DNA of 64,000 nucleotides. Origin: Candidatus Helarchaeota archaeon (GTDB lineage Archaea > Asgardarchaeota > Lokiarchaeia > Helarchaeales > RDOG01). The first letter of the stretch is position 1. The number at the start of each line of letters is the position of its first letter. Position numbers and translations under genes: made by a program. This document shows positions 39,052 to 49,066 of this stretch, one piece after another. Under the pieces are notes generated by a model. The model was not told the origin of the DNA. It saw nothing but the letters and a program-made list of their open reading frames with translations, and searched no databases. The stretch spans positions 877,910 to 941,909 of the forward strand of contig JAHPZH010000002.1 of the NCBI GenBank assembly GCA_019058315.1. The letters run 5' to 3'.

Positions 39052-42000
39052 TTGAATATTTGTGTGATAATTATGGAAAAAACAACAAGATATTGGAAAA
39101 ACAGATATAAAGTTATCAAAGAAATAAAAATTTCGGGATCTATTCCTTTTAATGAAAAAATTGAAATTCGGCAATTTATATGTGAAGATCTACTATTAAA
39201 ACAAGAAGTTATACTTAAAAAAATTAAAATAAATGAAAACGAAGAACTTAAGGAATTAGCAAGATTCTTATGGCATTATGAAATGTCATTGAATCAAAAG
39301 GCCATAAATAATTCAGATGGCAAAACATTATTGAAATTAATAGATTCGCAATATGATCCTATAGAAAATTATTTCATTATCGTAACTGATTTTGGGGGGA
39401 TTTCTTTGAAGGAATGTTTAACTCAAACCGAACAAACTGATGATAGCATATCTTTTCAAAATTTTTTATCAGGAAAGAAAAGAAAATGGGATTCGATCCT
39501 TAAGTTAGTAGAAGGCTTATCATCATTACATAATTCTGGATTAATTCACCGAAATATATCTTTAGAAACAATTTACTTTAATAGTAATTCTTATAGAGAA
39601 GGGGAAAAGGAAGTATTAAAAATTGGGGATTTTAATTGGAGTATTTATTTGTATTCAATTGCAAATATATTCTCTAATAAGTTTTCAATTGAAATAATCC
39701 AATGTAAAAATGATTTCTTTCGAGCACCTGAATGTAATACTGATATTGTATTAAAAAATCCAGTACCTCGTGGTGAAAATAATCAATCAGATCTTTTTTC
39801 GCTGGGACTTGTTTTAGCTTTTTTATTAACTGATTTGGACATAAACAAATACAAAATATCTGAAAATTCAGACAAAATTCAAATTCTTTTAGAGATTCGA
39901 GATTATATTAAGAATTATAAAAGATTTTTAGAACAAGAGAGAGAAATAATATTAAAATTGATCGAAATAGAACCGGAGAAAAGGTTCTTAAATGCTGAGA
40001 AATTAAAAGAGAATATTAAAAACTTTTTAAGAGAATTAAAATACAAATTTAGCTACTATAAAGAATTACCTATATACTTTCCCTTAAGTAGACAGAGTAG
40101 ATTATTAGAAATAATTTCAAATAGAATGAATATAGGTATTGATGCTATTATTCGGGATCCAGATGAATTTTTAAGAATTGAATTTTCTAATACAACATTT
40201 TACTTATCAAAAGATCAACAATTTCCATTATGGGTCAAAGGAAAAACTGGAACTGTATATAAAATTAGGAGTATTTATAGAAGACCCAAATTAGCAGAAC
40301 TTTTCATAGTAAGATGGAAAGAATATGATTTTGAAAAAACAGACATTCAAATATGCAATACAAAAAATCTTTTTTGGAGAGATAAAGATAGTAATGATCC
40401 AATCTATTTAGGTTGGGAAAAAATATTCGCAACATCCTTGGATCTAATTAACGAGAAAGTTGCGGAATTATCTGAGGGGGATAAAGATAAAGAAAGATGG
40501 CTCGAAACTATAGAAATTGTCACTGATGCTGAAATAGATTTAGAAGAGAAAAAAATATTTGATTATCAATTAATCAGTTCAGAGCAGGAAAAAAAGTTAG
40601 AAGAAGAATACAAAATAAAAATTGCTATTTCAAATTTAGCTGATGAGGAATTATTTTCTGATCCGAGTGGAGATTTCAGAGGAACTAGCTTGGAATTAGT
40701 TTTAGAAAGAAATATTTTTGAACCATTTAAAGAAAAGAGAAAATGGAAAATAAGTAGTAGTGAATATGATGAAAATATAGATACAACAGTTTTTACATTG
40801 GTTAGAACAAAAAAGGGGGAAGATCCTCCATTAAATGGATTTATAAGAATGTGGGAATTAAAAAATACAGCTCCACTTCTTAGAAGAAAATATGGAATTA
40901 TTCAAAATTTAGAAAAACACGAATTACTTTTAAATTCGATTTTAAAACCAGCCTCAACTCATAAATACTTCGAAAGGGATATTATTAAAAAAGAAATCGT
41001 AACGGATATATTCAATACATTTCCGATTTTTTTATTACAAGGTCCTCCTGGCACAGGAAAAACTTGGACTGCAAAAGAATTAATAAAAGTAACTTTAGAA
41101 AATGATCCTTATGCTAAAATTCTTGTTACAAGTAAAGAGCATTTCCCACTGGATGATTTATTGACAAAAACATTAAAAATGATTCAAGATCTAGAAATAA
41201 AACCCAAACCAATGCTAATCAGGCTTATTTCAACTGAACGAGAGCAATTTTATGATCCAAAATCATTAATTTTTTTACATTTTAATAAAATAATTGCTAA
41301 AAATCTTCTAGAAAAACTTATAAAATGGGTTCCCAAAAATCCCAAGTTAAATGAGTTAGGAAAAGAATTAAATAAAATTGCTAGGGAAGATTTTGAATCG
41401 CCCAGTAGAGAATGGATAGAATTAGTAAAACAGAGTTCTAATATCCTCTTTTGTACTACCACTGCTCGAGAACTTCAAGAACTCGAATATTTTCATCCTT
41501 CATTTGATTTGGTAATTATTGAGGAATCTGGAAAGGCATATCCATCAGAATTATTATTTCCATTACAATTGGGAAATAAATGGGTTTTGATTGGAGATCA
41601 AAATCAATTACCTCCTTTTAGAGTTGATGATATAAACGAAATTCTTGAAGAGCGATTGGAAAAAAAGGAAAATGAGGTAAAAGGTTTACCTAATTATAGT
41701 TCTCAAGATTTTCTCGAATTTAAACAAGATGTTAAAAAAGAAATGAAGATTTTTCAATCTATGTTTGACCGATTTCAGAAGGTTAATCATTCCTTTAATA
41801 AAGCTGATCAAATAAAGTCTTGTGATACACTAATAAATCAATATCGCTTACCTTCAAAAATAAGTAGAATGATTTCTACAATTTTTTATAATAAAGAATT
41901 TATTCAGAAAATCAAAGATCCAGAACTAGGAAGTTTCATTATTGAACCCGAAATTTTAAAAGATGAACAATTGATATGGATTAATACATCTTATAAAAAA

Positions 42001-42495
42001 GAATATAAAGAGCAAAGAAGCGGTTATGATATATATAATATTGGAGAGGCACTTTTAATTAAAGATTTATTAACAAAAATACAAATATCGGAAAATAATG
42101 GGAATTTTTCAATTGCGATATTGACTCCCTATAAAGAACAACTTCAAACCCTCATCAAAACACTTCCAAATCAATTAAATAATCTGAAAAATATTAAAAT
42201 TCGTGAAAGTTGTTATACTATCGATAGCTTTCAAGGTCGAGAAGCAGATTTAGTAATTATATCTTTAGTTAGGAATAATCGAAAAGAAAGTTCTAGACGC
42301 GCTTGGGGTTTTATACCTGGACCAGAGAGATTAAATGTGATGCTTTCAAGGGCAAGAAGAACTGAAATTATTGTTGGAAATTTCGATATGTGCCGAACTT
42401 TCCACCGAGATGACTATATGACGAAATTTAATAAAGTAGCAAAATTTGTAAAAAATTATGGTAAATTGTTAACTCCAAAGGAGGTGCTAGAATAA
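39052..42495 (+). CDS. Kinase-like domain + SF1 (Upf1/DNA2-like) helicase; Mokosh type I MkoA-like
   Basis: Kinase motifs HRNIS, IGDF, RAPE, SDLFSLG; helicase motifs QGPPGTGKT, IIEESG, IGDQNQLPP, QYR, TIDSFQGRE, RLNVMLSRAR. Confidence 0.8.
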   Translation: MNICVIIMEKTTRYWKNRYKVIKEIKISGSIPFNEKIEIRQFICEDLLLKQEVILKKIKINENEELKELARFLWHYEMSLNQKAINNSDGKTLLKLIDSQYDPIENYFIIVTDFGGISLKECLTQTEQTDDSISFQNFLSGKKRKWDSILKLVEGLSSLHNSGLIHRNISLETIYFNSNSYREGEKEVLKIGDFNWSIYLYSIANIFSNKFSIEIIQCKNDFFRAPECNTDIVLKNPVPRGENNQSDLFSLGLVLAFLLTDLDINKYKISENSDKIQILLEIRDYIKNYKRFLEQEREIILKLIEIEPEKRFLNAEKLKENIKNFLRELKYKFSYYKELPIYFPLSRQSRLLEIISNRMNIGIDAIIRDPDEFLRIEFSNTTFYLSKDQQFPLWVKGKTGTVYKIRSIYRRPKLAELFIVRWKEYDFEKTDIQICNTKNLFWRDKDSNDPIYLGWEKIFATSLDLINEKVAELSEGDKDKERWLETIEIVTDAEIDLEEKKIFDYQLISSEQEKKLEEEYKIKIAISNLADEELFSDPSGDFRGTSLELVLERNIFEPFKEKRKWKISSSEYDENIDTTVFTLVRTKKGEDPPLNGFIRMWELKNTAPLLRRKYGIIQNLEKHELLLNSILKPASTHKYFERDIIKKEIVTDIFNTFPIFLLQGPPGTGKTWTAKELIKVTLENDPYAKILVTSKEHFPLDDLLTKTLKMIQDLEIKPKPMLIRLISTEREQFYDPKSLIFLHFNKIIAKNLLEKLIKWVPKNPKLNELGKELNKIAREDFESPSREWIELVKQSSNILFCTTTARELQELEYFHPSFDLVIIEESGKAYPSELLFPLQLGNKWVLIGDQNQLPPFRVDDINEILEERLEKKENEVKGLPNYSSQDFLEFKQDVKKEMKIFQSMFDRFQKVNHSFNKADQIKSCDTLINQYRLPSKISRMISTIFYNKEFIQKIKDPELGSFIIEPEILKDEQLIWINTSYKKEYKEQRSGYDIYNIGEALLIKDLLTKIQISENNGNFSIAILTPYKEQLQTLIKTLPNQLNNLKNIKIRESCYTIDSFQGREADLVIISLVRNNRKESSRRAWGFIPGPERLNVMLSRARRTEIIVGNFDMCRTFHRDDYMTKFNKVAKFVKNYGKLLTPKEVLE

Positions 42496-42496
42496 A

Positions 42497-44596
42497 ATGT
42501 TTCAAATTAATGAGGAAGGATATAAAAAAGATTTTCTCACTATACCAATCGAAATGATTAAATGTGAGATACATATTAAAAAACTGGCAAAACTAACTAC
42601 ATTTGAGAAACTAACTTTAAAATTTATTTATGAAGAAAATTCTCTTCAAGAATTACTAAATGCATTTAATGCTGGAACTCACATTATGAATTTCATTATT
42701 GCAAAACTTTTTTATCAAGGATTAATTAGGCTCAAATTAAATGAAGGTATCGTTGAATTAAGTGATAAAATTATTGATTATGTAAAAAACAATAAGTTAG
42801 ATGAATACTCAGAGGAAGAGAAATCTTATAAAAAAAGAAATTTTACGTTTATCCAGGAAAAAATAAGTGGCGAGCTATTTTTAGAAAATCGTGTAAAAGA
42901 ATATTTAATAAAACCACATTCCCCAAAGGATACCAATTATTATGATGTTAAAGCCAACATATATGGTAGTTTTCCAAATCTAAGAGATTTCTCAATAACA
43001 AAATTTGCAAAACGGGCAATTGTGGAATTAAAATCAGACATAGAAGATATAGAAAAAATTGAATTTATTAAAAATTTAAACCTTAATAAATTTTATATTC
43101 CCCTTGTCGATAAGACCAATAAAAAATTATTAAAATTGGATTATGATTTTTTTCCAAGCCATATTCAAAAAGCTTGGCAAAATGCCTTTGAATCTCAGCA
43201 TTTTAAAAGTGGAGAAGAACAAATAAATTTAGAGCTATTAAAAGATGAAACTAAGTTCTTCTCCATTAAGACCATTAAAGAGGAACTCTTTAAAGCTTTA
43301 GATTCTTTAAAAGAGCTATTTATAAGAATTAATGTTAAACAAGATAAAACTGAATTATTATTTCAGTCTGATATTATTTTAGATAAGATTTCAAATTTAA
43401 TAGAGAAAACTATTGAATTGACTAAAAGTATAAACCAAATTCAATTTAATTATGAAAAATCTAATATCTTCATTGAAAATTTTAAATCTTTTATAATTAA
43501 AGCCAAAAAACTTGTTATCATATCTTCTACTGAAATTAATGTGAGCAGTATTCCTATCTTAAGTTCTGTTATAAATGATCTTATTAAGAATAAAGTGCAT
43601 GTAATTCTTCAATGGGGATTGTTAGAAAATCAAAGATATCCTGATTTAGCACGTAAATTAGAGATATTTGAAAAAGAAATAAGAAAGATGATAGATAATG
43701 ACTTTCAAAAATATCTTCATATCTATCATACTACTACCAGAACTAATTCAAATTATATTTTAATTGATTATGATAAATTAATCTACTCTAATTTTTCATT
43801 TCTTAATTGGAATAAAGCACTTGACACAATTATTACATTTGTAGAAATTGAAGGTGGTGAAATGCCTTTAAATTTTTTAGAATTTAGTATTGATTACTCA
43901 CCCCCTGAATTTACACAAAGGTCTTTTTTAAATAAACTTCTTTTAGAGGGAAATGCATCTCTTTTAAAGAAATTATCTAGCCAAAGACAGAAGTTCATTC
44001 TAAATCTAAAAGAAAAATTCGAAAAATTAAAGAACCTTATTGAAAGCGGCAGTTTTAATAATGAAGAAAATGAAATTAATAATTTAAAATCAATTATTGG
44101 ATCAGGAATTAACTTTGATAGTGTTTCAAAAATAATAGATTTAGAACACGAAGAAATTCTTATTGATATTATGGAATCAACAAAAAATTCTATCTTTCTA
44201 TATACGGATGAATTAAATATCCTTCCATTTGGTCCTCATTTTGAAGAAAACATAGAAAAGTTCACAAATAGTGAATTTAGTATTATTTTAAATAAATACT
44301 TTTTAAAATCTGAAAATGAAACAAAATGGGCAAAAGGAATTAAAAGAATTGAATATATCTCAAATAAATTTCCTCAATTAAAACTTATAGAATTAGAGCA
44401 AAATTTCAAACTAAATATAGTTTTAGTTGATAATGGTTTAATTTTTTATTCAAATTCTCGCATTTTAGCACCTAGAAGAAGGATTGATTATGATTTCAAT
44501 ACTAAGAATTTTGGTTTGATAATTGATTCTGCTAGTGTCAATAAAGAAATTCTAAAATGCTTAAATACATTTCATGTTTTAAATTCTAAAAAATAA
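42497..44596 (+). CDS. Probable degenerate PLD-fold partner; MkoB-like
   Basis: Starts 1 bp after the helicase stop. PLD-like strands (AKKLVIISS, HVILQWG, NYILIDY, NIVLVDN) are present but there is no intact HxK. Confidence 0.5.
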   Translation: MFQINEEGYKKDFLTIPIEMIKCEIHIKKLAKLTTFEKLTLKFIYEENSLQELLNAFNAGTHIMNFIIAKLFYQGLIRLKLNEGIVELSDKIIDYVKNNKLDEYSEEEKSYKKRNFTFIQEKISGELFLENRVKEYLIKPHSPKDTNYYDVKANIYGSFPNLRDFSITKFAKRAIVELKSDIEDIEKIEFIKNLNLNKFYIPLVDKTNKKLLKLDYDFFPSHIQKAWQNAFESQHFKSGEEQINLELLKDETKFFSIKTIKEELFKALDSLKELFIRINVKQDKTELLFQSDIILDKISNLIEKTIELTKSINQIQFNYEKSNIFIENFKSFIIKAKKLVIISSTEINVSSIPILSSVINDLIKNKVHVILQWGLLENQRYPDLARKLEIFEKEIRKMIDNDFQKYLHIYHTTTRTNSNYILIDYDKLIYSNFSFLNWNKALDTIITFVEIEGGEMPLNFLEFSIDYSPPEFTQRSFLNKLLLEGNASLLKKLSSQRQKFILNLKEKFEKLKNLIESGSFNNEENEINNLKSIIGSGINFDSVSKIIDLEHEEILIDIMESTKNSIFLYTDELNILPFGPHFEENIEKFTNSEFSIILNKYFLKSENETKWAKGIKRIEYISNKFPQLKLIELEQNFKLNIVLVDNGLIFYSNSRILAPRRRIDYDFNTKNFGLIIDSASVNKEILKCLNTFHVLNSKK

Positions 44597-44619
44597 TCTT
44601 GATATAATTTTCAGTACGA

Positions 44620-47040
44620 TTGAAAATACAGAAGGATTATATTCTATTTTCAAATTTTATCAAAATAACGAATATTACTAATAAGCAAAATAATTTGGAT
44701 GGAGGAATAAAAATAAACTTAAAAAAAATTGAAATTAAGAATTTTATGGGCGTTCATGACGTAACCTTAGATAATTTAGGTATTTTTAATGTAATAATTG
44801 GAAAAAACAAAACAGGAAAATCATCTATCTTAAAATTATTAGCTAATTATAAAGTAAATGATAATTTTTGGGTGGCAAACAAAAAGTTTGCCTCTGAAAA
44901 AGGAGAAAATAAACCAATTGAATTATTAAAATTAATATGGGAATTAGATTCAGAAGATATAATACAACTTAAGAAAGTTTCTTCTAGTTTAAAAAATGCT
45001 AAACTTTCATCAACTAATCTAATTATGGTAACAGAACATAAACCCCTAAATAATCATTCTGCAAAATTTTATTCAGATCAAAATTTATCAAAACTTTCGT
45101 ATGAACTACCAAGTGTAGCTCAGACTATGTTCCAAAATACAATATTGGGGGGTAAAATTATAAATATGATTCCATGTGTAAGATATTTATCTACGGATTT
45201 TGAAAAACGAATTACAGAAATCGAATTGGTTAGTAATAAGCAAGATCCTGAATTTATTTTCTATACAAATCAAGATGTAATGGTTTTCGATCAAATATTT
45301 AATTGGATTGATATAAAAAACCGAAAAAGAGAAGAAATTCAAGAATTCATTAATATTATAAGGAAATTAATTAATGTTGATTTAGAAATTAATGAATTTG
45401 AAGCAGGAAACGATTTTCAACTCTCATTAGATTATGAAGAATTAGGTCTTAAATTTGAGAGAGCTTTCCGAACCGCTGGACATGCAACACAACAATTAGT
45501 TTTAATTTTATATTATTGTTTCTTTCAAAAAAATCATTTAATTCTTATTGATGAAATTGAAATAGGACTTCATCCAAGTCTTTTGAGGTATTTATATAAT
45601 GTACTTTATGAATTATCAGAAAGAAATAATAATCAATTAATTGTATCAACCCATTCGTCTGTCTTTCTTGATTTATGTCCAAATGTTTACTTATTAGAAA
45701 ATGCTGAAAATGGTTCAATCTCCTATAATCACTCGGACTTTATTACAATCAGAGCAATTGATGAATTAATAGACCCTGATCCTATTGATTCTGCATTTAT
45801 TTTATCAAGAGATGAATATTCACTATTAATACAATCAGGATTTGATGAATTAAATTTAAATATGATAAATAAAATCCATGATTATTTTAAGCCATTTGAA
45901 TTATTTTTAGAACACGAAGAAGGTCTTGATGAATATAAAAAGATATTAAAACTTGGAACTACTATAAAACATTATAATTCTCAACTTCTTCAAAATGTAC
46001 ATTTTTTAAGCTCTACCGTTGAAGAAATATCGCTAAATTATGATGATAAATTAAAAAATAAACTAAAGAAAATTGTAATTTGTCAAATAAACAAAATTAA
46101 GGTTGATAAAACATATAAGAATCGAGAGGAACAATTTAAGAATTTATGTAAAGAATGTTGGAACCCAAAATTCCAGAATATTTTAACATATTCTCCGATG
46201 AAAGCAGAGGAAAAAAGGATTGAGATAATTGAACATTTGAAAAAATTGAAGAAATATAATAAAATTAACAATATTAATCAAAATTCTATCATTATAGTCT
46301 TTCCCGAAAATAGCTTTCCTTATATTGCTTTAGAAAATCTCATTAAATTTGCCACAAATGAAAAAGTTATAATTGTTGGAGGAATGGAACATAAGAAAAT
46401 CGGTCAAATCAAGAAAATTTTTTCGAAATTACCTCATGAATATCAAAAAAGATTAATTATTCCAAATTATAATCAATATTTTAAAAAATTATTAAAAAAA
46501 ATAGGTAATAAAGATACTAATCCATTTGATCCTCTACAAGAACGAGATTTGGAAGTAATTACTAATTCTAAATTTTTAAATCAAGCTATAATTATAAATT
46601 CTGATAAAAGAATTTCATTTCAAATTAAGAATATTCCAGTATATTTCTTTAATAAAGAAAAAAATAGATATGATAAAGAAGGTATTCCTTCAATATTAAT
46701 ACCTCATTTTAAAAAATTTAAAACAGTAATTGGTAATTTAGCTATTCTAATATGTAAAGATTTTTTAGTTAATTATGAAATAATCCCTCAATGGATGGAA
46801 AAAAATGATATCAACATTATTATTATCCCTTCTTTTACTCAATTAGTAAAACCATTTCAAGATAAAATTGGAGAAATTATGAGAAATAAAAAAAATGAAG
46901 GAAAAATATTTGTATTCGCAAGTTTAGCCGAATATGGTGGATCTGGAGTCTATTGCTACAAAAAAAGGAAAGATTATGAACCTGGAAAAAAAGGAAATCT
47001 CGAACCTGGGGAAGAAAAATGCAAAGAATATATAATATAA
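44620..47040 (+). CDS. ABC/OLD-type ATPase fused to a nitrilase (CN-hydrolase)-like domain
   Basis: IGKNKTGKS, LIDEIEIGLHP and STHS; C-terminal VFPENS, QIKNIP, LICKDF (E-K-C triad) and YGGSGV. Confidence 0.75.
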   Translation: MKIQKDYILFSNFIKITNITNKQNNLDGGIKINLKKIEIKNFMGVHDVTLDNLGIFNVIIGKNKTGKSSILKLLANYKVNDNFWVANKKFASEKGENKPIELLKLIWELDSEDIIQLKKVSSSLKNAKLSSTNLIMVTEHKPLNNHSAKFYSDQNLSKLSYELPSVAQTMFQNTILGGKIINMIPCVRYLSTDFEKRITEIELVSNKQDPEFIFYTNQDVMVFDQIFNWIDIKNRKREEIQEFINIIRKLINVDLEINEFEAGNDFQLSLDYEELGLKFERAFRTAGHATQQLVLILYYCFFQKNHLILIDEIEIGLHPSLLRYLYNVLYELSERNNNQLIVSTHSSVFLDLCPNVYLLENAENGSISYNHSDFITIRAIDELIDPDPIDSAFILSRDEYSLLIQSGFDELNLNMINKIHDYFKPFELFLEHEEGLDEYKKILKLGTTIKHYNSQLLQNVHFLSSTVEEISLNYDDKLKNKLKKIVICQINKIKVDKTYKNREEQFKNLCKECWNPKFQNILTYSPMKAEEKRIEIIEHLKKLKKYNKINNINQNSIIIVFPENSFPYIALENLIKFATNEKVIIVGGMEHKKIGQIKKIFSKLPHEYQKRLIIPNYNQYFKKLLKKIGNKDTNPFDPLQERDLEVITNSKFLNQAIIINSDKRISFQIKNIPVYFFNKEKNRYDKEGIPSILIPHFKKFKTVIGNLAILICKDFLVNYEIIPQWMEKNDINIIIIPSFTQLVKPFQDKIGEIMRNKKNEGKIFVFASLAEYGGSGVYCYKKRKDYEPGKKGNLEPGEEKCKEYII

Positions 47041-47463
47041 TAATGATAGAATAAATTAAAATTAATTTTGAAATTAATCTTAAGGTTATTACATATCAAT
47101 ACACTAAAAAAATAGAAAGTAAAATAATTGAGAAATTAGAAGAAGATAAAAGAGAATTAAAAGAAATTATAAGATAATTAACTTTTAAAATTGAATTAAT
47201 GCAAGAACAATTTTTAAAAACTATGCGGTTAATTGATCAAACCATAACTGTAAAAAATATTGGAGAAATTGATTCATGAGAAATCATTAAGAATATTTTT
47301 AATAGTGCGTAATTTGAAAATATCTCTGCCAGATTTTGTTAAGAATCTCTCCCTTGAAGAAAAGAAAAAATTAATTATTCTTTATACACTTGGATCATTT
47401 ATTGTAAGCAAAACTTCCTACTAATCTTTAATTCGAAAAATTTAATAATAATCATTAAACTAA

Positions 47464-48480
47464 GTGATTAAGTGGATGGGAATGGAACCTAAAATATTAC
47501 AGAAAATCGAGAAATATGGAAGATATTCGGAAACTTTTCCCCTTAAAAAAGGTCCGGTAGGACCAGTTGAAGTGAAAGGTGTAAGGGGACAACAAATAAA
47601 AATTTATCTGACTTCTGATGGAATAGAAATTTATGATAAGAATAATGTATTAGAAAAGAGTATTTTTTATGACGAAATTGACGCATGTATAAACCTTAAT
47701 GTTGCCGAGCATTTAAAGATTCCAAAGAGTACCTTGACTTTTTCTGCCTATAAAGTGGAAACAATTTTATTACATTATTCAAATAACAAAAAATTATATC
47801 TACTATTTTGGAGTACTATTGCTGGTTGGCAACCTAAGCGACATGCAAAAGTCTTTAATAAAATACAAGAACACATAAATCGTCCGAATATAAAGGACTT
47901 TTTGATTGCTCTAGCTCCAAAATATGACGATTTTAAAATCCCAATTTCTCGAATTCAAGAAGAGTATCCTCTTGATGTTAATGAGATCCGCCATATAGTT
48001 GAGGAAATTACGGATTCGAATTTTAAATTCAAACAATCCAAAGATTATATTCTAGTGAAACCCAAACCTAAAATCGAAGTTGAAAGAGTAAGTATAAATG
48101 GAGAAGAAAAATTTAATGTAGTAGATAAAATAGAAATACCTCTTGAATTTCATATAACAAACCGAGGCACTTATCCGGCAAGAATTTCTCTACATCTTGA
48201 TGCTGCAAATTTACCAACGGGAAAACCTCATCCTCCATTTGATATTAAGCCAGGAGAAACCGCAATAAAGACCTTTCATGTTTCCACATTTGTAAAAGAC
48301 AATGAATATACAATGAATTTATTGCTGTGTGATAACAACGATGATAATGTTGAAATTGAAGATTCGGGAGTTACTTTTACAATAAATAGAAAAACATCAA
48401 AGAAAATGAAATTAAAAAATATTCTAAAAGCAGCTCTTTATCAATCCGCAAATGTGTTAGGAATCGCAAGGAAAATATAA
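47464..48480 (+). CDS. Hypothetical protein with Ig-like C-terminal region
   Basis: 338-aa ORF with a beta-sandwich-like pattern (FHITNRG...IKPGET). Confidence 0.55.
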   Translation: MIKWMGMEPKILQKIEKYGRYSETFPLKKGPVGPVEVKGVRGQQIKIYLTSDGIEIYDKNNVLEKSIFYDEIDACINLNVAEHLKIPKSTLTFSAYKVETILLHYSNNKKLYLLFWSTIAGWQPKRHAKVFNKIQEHINRPNIKDFLIALAPKYDDFKIPISRIQEEYPLDVNEIRHIVEEITDSNFKFKQSKDYILVKPKPKIEVERVSINGEEKFNVVDKIEIPLEFHITNRGTYPARISLHLDAANLPTGKPHPPFDIKPGETAIKTFHVSTFVKDNEYTMNLLLCDNNDDNVEIEDSGVTFTINRKTSKKMKLKNILKAALYQSANVLGIARKI

Positions 48481-48811
48481 AAAATAAAATGAAAGTTAAA
48501 TCAATGAGAAAAGAAGTAGATAAAGCAGATTTAATAATTGTTATATTAGTGCTAGTATTTTTAGCATCTTTAGTCTTGATTGATCACTTATCTGAACCTA
48601 TAATTGTCGTAACAATTTTAATTATCACAATTACAGTAATTATCATAAGAATAATCGTTTATTATTATAGATATAGAACAAATAAAGAAGAATAAAAGTT
48701 TCCTCTATGATAAATAGAAAAACATCAAAGAAAATGAAATTAAAAAATATTCTAAAAGCGGCCCTATTAAGATCCGCAGATGTGTTAGGAGGATTTGCGA
48801 GGAAGATATGA
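48382..48811 (+). repeat. Direct repeat of a gene 3' end (48382-48480 and 48710-48811)
   Basis: The first 50 bp are identical (ataaatagaaaaacatc...ttctaaaagc); the rest is diverged but homologous up to the stop codon. Confidence 0.9.
48489..48695 (+). CDS. Small 2-TM membrane protein
   Basis: 68 aa with two hydrophobic helices. Confidence 0.55.
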   Translation: MKVKSMRKEVDKADLIIVILVLVFLASLVLIDHLSEPIIVVTILIITITVIIIRIIVYYYRYRTNKEE

Positions 48812-48846
48812 CAAATAATAAAAAATCTAATTTTTTATAAAACTCA

Positions 48847-48894
48847 TTAAAAAATGCCTTCCCATACTGCTCGGTTTGGTATTAATTAGATATA
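48847..48894 (-). repeat. Degenerate third copy of the extended dif-like repeat (S7) at the right edge of the island
   Basis: Plus strand CTTCCC ATACTGCTCGG TTTGGTATTAATTAGATATA aligns with S3 CTTCCC GTACGCTTTTG TTTGGTATATAATTTAGGTATA. Confidence 0.55.
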
Positions 48895-49066
48895 AGCATT
48901 ACTTTAAAATTTTAAAAAGCAGTTATTTTCAAACTAGGTATTTACAGACTATTAAAAACAAAATTATCGTCATCATCCACAAATACCTTTATCCAATTCA
49001 AAACCAATTCTAACTGAAAAAGAATATTATAAATGACCACTGAAAGAATATAAGAATTATACTAAA

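Noticed and set aside
47041-47463. Coding-like remnant after the ATPase-nitrilase gene
   Set aside because: Multiple stops and no recognisable motif; it cannot be assigned.
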